From positions 137,116 through 159,813 of IMG/VR virus record IMGVR_UViG_3300014208_000032: 22,698 bases of DNA. One strand, given 5' to 3'. Positions 17,057 through 22,698 of this stretch are shown here, piece after piece. The position numbers were made by a program, and so were the translations under genes. The stretch comes from a virus. The notes beneath the pieces are model-generated. The model saw only the letters and a program-made list of their open reading frames with translations. It did no database searches and was not told the origin of the DNA. Each line of letters begins with the position of its first letter. Position 1 is the stretch's first letter.

Positions 17057-17356
17057 ATGACAACTTATTTAGAAATTAAAGTAGATACAAATGATGCTGA
17101 TTATGTTACTGAAATGTTTGAAGCCAAAGAAGAAGTAATTGAAAGAGTTAAAAGAATTTGGAATTTAATTCCGATAGGAAGACATAATTGGGGAACAAAC
17201 GAAATGAGAGATATTGATCCTCGTATTGAATATGAAAATATATTATCAGAAGAAGATATTGAATGGTTTGATGGTATGATGCCACATCCAGAATACGGAT
17301 TTCATACCATTGAAAGTATTAGAGTTCTTTATATTGAAAAAATAGAGTTATTATAA
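17057..17356 (+). CDS. Hypothetical protein
   Basis: AGGAG RBS. Confidence 0.8.
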   Translation: MTTYLEIKVDTNDADYVTEMFEAKEEVIERVKRIWNLIPIGRHNWGTNEMRDIDPRIEYENILSEEDIEWFDGMMPHPEYGFHTIESIRVLYIEKIELL

Positions 17357-17880
17357 TGAATAAAATAGAAATAAAAGGCGATAATGATCTTGTTGTTTGT
17401 TTAAATAAATTAGCATCAATTGAATTTGAATATAAAACTATGGAGCATATTCTGAATTATACTCCTAATATAACTGTTAGGGTTAATGTTTTTTATGCTA
17501 ATTTTATAAAAACAGAACATTTGTATGAAATTAGTATATGTAAATTTGATGGGCGAGAAACTGTAAAATATGATAATTCAAATATTATTCAAAAAATATT
17601 AGTTTATTTTGGTATTCTAAATAAGGAAATGTTTATAGAAAATAAAACATTGGATAAGATTATAAAAATTGCCAATTTCTATTATGAAGATTTAAATAAT
17701 ATTAAAAAAGAAGTTTATTATTTAGATGAACTTAAAGATTTTATTAAAAAAGTAGAACAATATTTAAATACTACATATCAACAAAAAGAATACGAAGAAG
17801 AGAAAAGACAAAAAGAACTTAATAAAATATTAGAACAAGAAGCAGAGTTAAATAAAAGTATTTATGGAGATAATAAATGA
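17356..17880 (+). CDS. Hypothetical protein
   Basis: TAATG overlap. Confidence 0.8.
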   Translation: MNKIEIKGDNDLVVCLNKLASIEFEYKTMEHILNYTPNITVRVNVFYANFIKTEHLYEISICKFDGRETVKYDNSNIIQKILVYFGILNKEMFIENKTLDKIIKIANFYYEDLNNIKKEVYYLDELKDFIKKVEQYLNTTYQQKEYEEEKRQKELNKILEQEAELNKSIYGDNK

Positions 17881-18062
17881 GATTTGGAAGATATGAAATA
17901 GATATTACAAAACCACCAGAGGGACCGCCAGGGACAATTATAAGAGAAAGTATTTTTGGTGATAAAGAAACAAAAGAAAGCATTAGAGATAAAGAAGATT
18001 ATAAAATGTATATCCAAGAATTTAGAAGACAAATGGATAAAAAATACGGAGGAAAGAAATGA
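17877..18062 (+). CDS. Hypothetical protein
   Basis: GGAG RBS, ATGA overlap. Confidence 0.7.
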   Translation: MRFGRYEIDITKPPEGPPGTIIRESIFGDKETKESIRDKEDYKMYIQEFRRQMDKKYGGKK

Positions 18063-18271
18063 AACTATCAGAATATATTAAACTGCTACAAACAGCAGAA
18101 GAAAAACACGGGGATTTGGAAATTGTTTATTCCGCAGACGACGAAGGAAATAGATATCAAAAATTTGGCGGATTTACGGGAGCGGGTATGTTCTTTAAAG
18201 AAGATTGGGATTTTCGTCCCGAAGAATATTTCGAAGATGACGAAAAAGTTAATGCTTTTTGTATTAATTAG
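18059..18271 (+). CDS. Hypothetical protein
   Basis: GGAGG RBS, ATGA overlap; HGDLEIVYSADDEGN. Confidence 0.8.
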   Translation: MKLSEYIKLLQTAEEKHGDLEIVYSADDEGNRYQKFGGFTGAGMFFKEDWDFRPEEYFEDDEKVNAFCIN

Positions 18272-18279
18272 GAGAAAAT

Positions 18280-18591
18280 ATGTGTATTGATTTTTGTAAA
18301 AGATGTGGAAAGCAAACAATTAAGAATTCTGGTGATCTTAATTTAAATGGATATTGCGAAGATTGTGCAAGATTATCATATTGTAAAAAGTGTGATAAAT
18401 TAATTGACAAAGATGTTTCTCTTTTTCATAATGGAAAGTGTTTTAAGTGTTTTACAGAAGACGAGTATAAACTTTATACAGAAACGCAAATATTTTCAAA
18501 TCAAGGATGGATTTGTCCTAAATGCGGGAATGTTTATAGCCCGTATGTCGAAAGTTGCTGGAAGTGCATGAATAAAGAAATTACTTGTTAA
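18280..18591 (+). CDS. Multi-zinc-ribbon protein (six CxxC pairs)
   Basis: CKRC, CEDC, CKKC, CFKC, CPKC, CWKC; GWICPKCG.VYSP motif; AGGAG RBS. Confidence 0.8.
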   Translation: MCIDFCKRCGKQTIKNSGDLNLNGYCEDCARLSYCKKCDKLIDKDVSLFHNGKCFKCFTEDEYKLYTETQIFSNQGWICPKCGNVYSPYVESCWKCMNKEITC

Positions 18592-19067
18592 AAAAAGAAT
18601 GTATCTTCTTTTGTAAGAATTTCACTTAACCAATAACAGCCCCAATTTTTATAAACAAAATTGGGATCAAGTCCTTCAACATTTTCATTTAAAAAAACAA
18701 TTCTTTGTTTCATATTAAATTTAACTATTAGCATCGGTTTTTTATTTGCCCTTGAAGAGTCCAATAAAACCTGCTCTATCCATTTATTTATATTTGAACT
18801 TTCGTTAAAAAAATCAAATATATTAAATGGGGTTTTATATGCTTTGTGTTCAATAACAAATTTGAAACCATTGGCAAAAACATCACCAAGAAAAACAGTT
18901 TGTTGTTCTTCTGTTAAAGAAGAAGATCTTCCGTAATTGCTTTTTCCTAAATAAGCACCAGATTGTATGGTTCTTTTAAACTCGTTATTTGGAAATCTTT
19001 TGTTTAATAAAGTTTTAAGTTCTCTCTCATTATTTTTACCTTTCGCACAGCTGTTGATTTTTGCCAT
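18588..19067 (-). CDS. Holliday junction resolvase (Hjc-like PD-(D/E)xK)
   Basis: INSCAKGKNNERE, RT.QSGA, GD, IEHK, WIEQ...D, PMLI. It is the only convincing minus-strand gene, and its stop overlaps the convergent gene (TTAA). Confidence 0.85.
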   Translation of the reverse strand: MAKINSCAKGKNNERELKTLLNKRFPNNEFKRTIQSGAYLGKSNYGRSSSLTEEQQTVFLGDVFANGFKFVIEHKAYKTPFNIFDFFNESSNINKWIEQVLLDSSRANKKPMLIVKFNMKQRIVFLNENVEGLDPNFVYKNWGCYWLSEILTKEDTFFF

Positions 19068-19117
19068 TTTTTACCTTTATGTTATCTTTATAATATATGA
19101 TATAAAAGAATAAACTA

Positions 19118-19159
19118 TTGACAAAAAAAAATTTTTAGTGTATAATTAAAGAAAGGAGT
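19118..19159 (+). promoter_or_regulatory. Repeated sigma70 promoter + RBS element, copy 6
   Basis: TTGACA 19118-19123, 17 nt, TATAAT 19141-19146, TAAAGAAAGGAG. Confidence 0.94.
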
Positions 19160-19165
19160 GATATT

Positions 19166-19669
19166 ATGAATATATTCTTTCTTGATTATGACACTAAAAA
19201 ATGTGCTCAATATCACAACAATCTACATGTGTCAAAAATGACATTAGAAACCGCTCAAATGTTGTCCTCTGCTTATAGATTTTATTTTGGAAACAAAGAT
19301 GAAAAATATAAAATGATGGGAGAACTTGACGAAATCATTTACAAACCATATGGAATAAATCACCCTTGTAATATTTGGGTTAGAGAAAGTTATGACAATT
19401 ATGTTTGGCTTTATAATCTATTTATTGAATTAGGTGCTGAATATACTTACAGGTTTGATAAAGTTCATCTTTCTATTAGTAAATTAAAAGACATTTTAAA
19501 AAATCCACCAATGATGAAAGGCGGGAAATTTACAGAACCTCCTTTAGTTATGGATGAAGAATACAAAATAATTGGCGATGCAATTTCTTCTTATAGAAAA
19601 TACTATAAAGAAAAGAAGGGTGATTTAATGAAATATTCAAAAAGAGAAAGACCAGATTGGTCCTATTGA
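19166..19669 (+). CDS. Pyrimidine dimer DNA glycosylase / endonuclease V family protein
   Basis: MNIFFLD...H...HVSKMTLETAQMLS, YKP...NHPCNIW, N..WL, EY..R..K.H, YRKYY...K, P.W. Confidence 0.88.
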   Translation: MNIFFLDYDTKKCAQYHNNLHVSKMTLETAQMLSSAYRFYFGNKDEKYKMMGELDEIIYKPYGINHPCNIWVRESYDNYVWLYNLFIELGAEYTYRFDKVHLSISKLKDILKNPPMMKGGKFTEPPLVMDEEYKIIGDAISSYRKYYKEKKGDLMKYSKRERPDWSY

Positions 19670-19700
19670 CAAAAAAAATTTTTTATGTTATAATTAAATA
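19666..19700 (+). promoter_or_regulatory. Repeated sigma70 promoter, copy 7 (its TTGA supplies the upstream stop codon)
   Basis: TTGACA 19666-19671, 17 nt, TATAAT 19689-19694. Confidence 0.93.
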
Positions 19701-19720
19701 AAGATTTAAGGCGGTAAAAT

Positions 19721-20002
19721 ATGGTGAAACTTGATGATAGAAAAACAGCAGAATTTACTGCCGACGGGTTCATATTAATTATTGATACTTTTTATAACGC
19801 TATTGAAAACGAAGAACAAGAACTTTTTGATATTAAAACTTGGACAAAACGAGTTAGAAGCAAAAATGGATCACTTTTGTGGAGTAGAGGAAATCCTGAA
19901 TATTGCGACTGGTCTGATCATAAATCAATTACGAAAACAGATAGAGATTATTATCTGTGGGTTTTTGAAAAACTAATTATCAATGGAGATAGACATAATT
20001 AA
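19721..20002 (+). CDS. Hypothetical protein
   Basis: First ORF after promoter copy 7; AAGGCGG RBS. Confidence 0.75.
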   Translation: MVKLDDRKTAEFTADGFILIIDTFYNAIENEEQELFDIKTWTKRVRSKNGSLLWSRGNPEYCDWSDHKSITKTDRDYYLWVFEKLIINGDRHN

Positions 20003-20017
20003 AAAAAGAGGGATAAA

Positions 20018-20188
20018 ATGAATATTACACAAAAACAATTACAAGAAAATTTTGAAGAATATATTGAAGCTTTTGAAGAAAATGAAGGTTTGGAATATAT
20101 TATAGAAAGCGAAGATGGTAAATTATTGAAAATGATTAGTTATAAAAAATATGAAAAATTATTTGGTGAAATAAATGCCAAACAATAA
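20018..20188 (+). CDS. 56-aa Phd/YefM-antitoxin-like protein (missing from ORF track)
   Basis: GAGGG RBS; MNITQKQLQENFEEYIEAFEENEGLEYIIESEDGKLLKMISYKKYEKL follows the Phd/YefM beta-alpha-beta-beta-alpha pattern by eye. Confidence 0.55.
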   Translation: MNITQKQLQENFEEYIEAFEENEGLEYIIESEDGKLLKMISYKKYEKLFGEINAKQ

Positions 20189-20465
20189 TTCTATGGATTT
20201 TCATTCAGATGTGCAAGATTGGATTACAGGATTGGGAGTTTCAAGAGGGAATTTATTAAATTTGTATGGAAATGTTTATGATGGCACAGGTCTTATGAAC
20301 GATAGCGTTCACATAACAACAATTCAACAAAATCAAAATTTCGTTCTTAAAGACAATAATGGTAATAAAATAGAAATATCTGGAAATTTTCAAGATGGTT
20401 TTTCAATAAAAATCGAAGGTGATGTAAGGATTACAAAAGGGCAACAAATTCTTCTTGATTTGTAA
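20175..20465 (+). CDS. Hypothetical protein ending QQILLDL
   Basis: GGTG RBS; ORF fills the gap. Confidence 0.7.
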   Translation: MPNNNSMDFHSDVQDWITGLGVSRGNLLNLYGNVYDGTGLMNDSVHITTIQQNQNFVLKDNNGNKIEISGNFQDGFSIKIEGDVRITKGQQILLDL

Positions 20466-20481
20466 ATGAAAAGATAATAGT

Positions 20482-21054
20482 ATGAATTTAGAAAATTATC
20501 TATTAGAAGTAAATCTCCAAGATGAAAGTTTAGAAGGTTATTTTAACGAGGGATTAAAACAAGTTTTCTCCCCAGTTTTTCTTTCTAAAATTAACAAAAA
20601 AATACAACATTTAATTCCTATTAAATATGTTGAAAATCATAACAATTCAAACGAAGTTGTTTGGACAGAGAATAATGAAATATCTGTTAATAAAAAAGAA
20701 TTTGAAAAAATTGATGTAGTTAAAAGAATTAAATATCTTCTTCACGAATTTATTCATATTCTTCTTAATTCAAAATCATTTTTTGTTATTAATGCTTTTA
20801 TTGAATTAAGAAAAGTTTCAAATAAAATGCACCAAATTGTAGAACAATATGCGATTGGTAATGTTGGTGCATTTCTTATTAATAAAACAATTGAAGAAAA
20901 ATATTTAAATAATCAAGAAAGCCTTGCTTATTTTATGAATGGAAAAATGAATTGGAAAATGATTAAACCAGAAGGTGCAAAACTTCTAAAAGAAACCATA
21001 ATTAATTCAGGATTGTTTAATACAAGTTCTGAATTTTGGAGAAAAAGAATATAA
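20482..21054 (+). CDS. Putative zincin-like metallopeptidase (HExxH)
   Basis: YLLHEFIH with downstream NQESLA (candidate third ligand). Confidence 0.6.
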   Translation: MNLENYLLEVNLQDESLEGYFNEGLKQVFSPVFLSKINKKIQHLIPIKYVENHNNSNEVVWTENNEISVNKKEFEKIDVVKRIKYLLHEFIHILLNSKSFFVINAFIELRKVSNKMHQIVEQYAIGNVGAFLINKTIEEKYLNNQESLAYFMNGKMNWKMIKPEGAKLLKETIINSGLFNTSSEFWRKRI

Positions 21055-21068
21055 AAAAGGAGATAAAA

Positions 21069-21242
21069 ATGATTGAAAAAACTTATTATTATGTTTCAAC
21101 TATTTTTATTTCTTTCTTTTTTTCGTTGTTGTTATTCCCATTAATGCAAATATGTTTTCTCTTTTTTTGGTATGTGTTTTACATATTATTTATAATTATT
21201 AACGTATTTAAATTTAAGGTAGGTGAAGAAGGTGATATATGA
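21069..21242 (+). CDS. Small membrane protein (2 TM)
   Basis: AAGGAG RBS before ATG 21069; Phe/Ile-rich. Confidence 0.55.
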   Translation: MIEKTYYYVSTIFISFFFSLLLFPLMQICFLFFWYVFYILFIIINVFKFKVGEEGDI

Positions 21243-21414
21243 ACCAAGCACAAAAATTTGGATGAAATTAAAAAATCAATCTCCTAAACAATATGAGTTT
21301 GATTTTAGTGAAAAACCGAAAAGTATTTGGGAAAATACTCCAGTTACTTATAATTACACATCATCAACAAGTGGAACTTATAAAGTGAGTGAGGTTAATT
21401 TTTTTTGCGTTTAA
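21223..21414 (+). CDS. Hypothetical protein containing QYEFDF
   Basis: GTG start with AAGG upstream; fills the gap. Confidence 0.5.
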   Translation: MKKVIYEPSTKIWMKLKNQSPKQYEFDFSEKPKSIWENTPVTYNYTSSTSGTYKVSEVNFFCV

Positions 21415-21427
21415 AGGGGGAAATATA

Positions 21428-21751
21428 ATGAGCGTTCAAACAACAGCAATTTCTGGATTTGGCATAAAAATAACAAAAGAAATTTTAGATATATTAAAAT
21501 TTAATGAAGAAATTAACGAACAACAAAGTTTTCTCGAATATATAATTGAAAAATTAGAATATTCAAGATTAGAGTGTTATGGTGATTGTAGGTTCGAAGA
21601 AATAAAATATGTTTTTATGCCACTACATTCAAATTATTTTGGTAATTATTGCGAAAACGTTTTAAGGTTTTTTGAAGAAATGGAACAAATTGGAATTATT
21701 AATTTATTTGTTGAAGATTTAGAGCACATTAGTGAAATTTTAGTAATTTAA
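21428..21751 (+). CDS. Hypothetical protein
   Basis: AAGGGGG RBS before ATG 21428. Confidence 0.75.
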   Translation: MSVQTTAISGFGIKITKEILDILKFNEEINEQQSFLEYIIEKLEYSRLECYGDCRFEEIKYVFMPLHSNYFGNYCENVLRFFEEMEQIGIINLFVEDLEHISEILVI

Positions 21752-21765
21752 AAAAGGAAAAGAAA

Positions 21766-21975
21766 GTGGCAAGTTTTTATATAGATAATTTCAAAATAGA
21801 ATATCATTGGGAACCAGAGGAACTAAACGTTAATTACCCAGAGAGTTTTTTTGTTGAAGAAATCTATCACGCAGGAGAACCAATTTATCAATTTTTGGTA
21901 AATAAGTTAGGATTAAATCAAGAAAAGGTTGATGAAATTTGTCTTGAAATTATAAGGAGAAAAAATGATGATTAA
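21766..21975 (+). CDS. Hypothetical protein
   Basis: AAGGA RBS, GTG start. Confidence 0.7.
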   Translation: MASFYIDNFKIEYHWEPEELNVNYPESFFVEEIYHAGEPIYQFLVNKLGLNQEKVDEICLEIIRRKNDD

Positions 21976-22222
21976 GAAAATGCTTGATAAGATTAGAAGT
22001 TTTTTTATCACAATAAGAGATGGTTATGATGATTATATAGATCGTGAAGTTGATAATGAAATAAGGAAACAAAGATATGAAGAAATGAAAGATATTTTTG
22101 ATAGTTTACCGAGTAGTTTTATGCCTTTTAGAACAACAACTACAACTACTTATTCTACAAACCAAACAAAAAAAGTTCGTTGTAATTATATTACTACAAA
22201 GAAAAGTCATAATGGCTATTAG
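21965..22222 (+). CDS. Hypothetical protein
   Basis: AAGGAG RBS. Confidence 0.7.
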   Translation: MMIKKMLDKIRSFFITIRDGYDDYIDREVDNEIRKQRYEEMKDIFDSLPSSFMPFRTTTTTTYSTNQTKKVRCNYITTKKSHNGY

Positions 22223-22538
22223 TTATTTATGTGTAGAAGAAAATAACACTGAAATTGGTTATATTGTTCATGCTGTAAAATCAACAAGAGAAAAAGCAGA
22301 ATTATTTGTAGAAGAAAGTAATAAAATATGGAATAATTATATTTTAGAACAGGAAGAATTATATAAAACCAATCCATTAGACGGGGAAAGAAAAGAAGAA
22401 TTTATGGCCATGATTAGAAAAAACACTTTTAACGAACAACCAGAGTGTATAGATTATTTCAACAAATGTAATGAATTTCATAATAAATACAAAAAAGTGT
22501 TTATTATAACCGATATTTTAGAATTTGAAATTGACTAA
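22212..22538 (+). CDS. Hypothetical protein
   Basis: ATG 22212 overlaps the upstream gene end; stop lies just before promoter copy 8. Confidence 0.7.
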   Translation: MAISYLCVEENNTEIGYIVHAVKSTREKAELFVEESNKIWNNYILEQEELYKTNPLDGERKEEFMAMIRKNTFNEQPECIDYFNKCNEFHNKYKKVFIITDILEFEID

Positions 22539-22542
22539 TTTA

Positions 22543-22582
22543 TTGACAAAAAAATTTTTTTAATGTATAATTAAATAAAGGA
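22543..22582 (+). promoter_or_regulatory. Repeated sigma70 promoter + RBS element, copy 8
   Basis: TTGACA 22543-22548, 17 nt, TATAAT 22566-22571, TAAATAAAGGA. Confidence 0.94.
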
Positions 22583-22589
22583 AAATAAA

Positions 22590-22698
22590 ATGAATGAAAT
22601 AACTACAAGAACAGATGAATTTGGAAATAAATCTTGGTATTTGAATGGAAAACTTCATCGAGTTGATGGACCAGCTGTTGAATATGCTGATGGAACTA
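22590..22698 (+). CDS. Second HRxDGPA-repeat protein, 3'-truncated, paralogue of 7230-7499
   Basis: MNEITTRTDEFGNKSWYLNGKLHRVDGPAVEYADGT; near-identical DNA and RBS to the 7230 gene. Confidence 0.88.
   Translation, partial: MNEITTRTDEFGNKSWYLNGKLHRVDGPAVEYADGT

Noticed and set aside
5154-18936. Other short ORFs nested in or antisense to real genes (e.g. 5154, 5555, 5822, 7600, 8486, 8892, 12511, 14269, 15569, 15676, 18661)
   Set aside because: They are fully overlapped by better-supported genes and lack motifs or an RBS.
19814-19831. EQELFD in the 19721 ORF as another clamp motif
   Set aside because: Spacing is Q-x-LF rather than Q-x-x-LF and the site is internal; too weak to count.
1-22698. 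Stop-codon reassignment (TAG or TGA), as in some large phages
   Set aside because: TAG (1940, 7499, 9448) and TGA (6059, 19669) end genes cleanly before an RBS or promoter, and conserved genes are uninterrupted in code 11.
1-22698. tRNA, rRNA or structured ncRNA genes
   Set aside because: Intergenic gaps are short and explained by promoters, RBSs or the terminator; no cloverleaf or GC-rich structured segment was seen.

Overview
A very AT-rich, gene-dense, almost entirely plus-strand segment of a large lytic dsDNA bacteriophage (jumbo or T4-like gene content), read in the standard code 11. The window holds part of the replication and recombination region: a 5'-truncated DnaE (Pol III alpha) with a 144-aa mini-intein, a free-standing HNH nuclease, a 5'-3' exonuclease/RNase H, a TOPRIM primase, a Holliday junction resolvase and a pyrimidine-dimer glycosylase. 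It also holds an AAA+ ATPase, ClpP, a putative nuclease plus N6-adenine MTase (R-M-like) pair and about 35 small hypothetical genes. The clearest non-coding structure is a ~30-45 bp perfect sigma70 promoter element (TTGACA, A-tract/T-tract 17-nt spacer, TATAAT, then RBS). It occurs 8 times, usually directly after the upstream stop codon and once inside a coding sequence. Other leads: several unrelated small proteins carry clamp-binding-like motifs (QLFLF, QKELF, QYEFDF, QFMFDF, QILLDL); an HRxDGPA repeat paralogue family varies almost only at non-synonymous, adenine-compatible positions; and an AAA ATPase has a ClpX-like FGF tail near the phage ClpP. All functional calls come from reading motifs by eye; no database searches were run.
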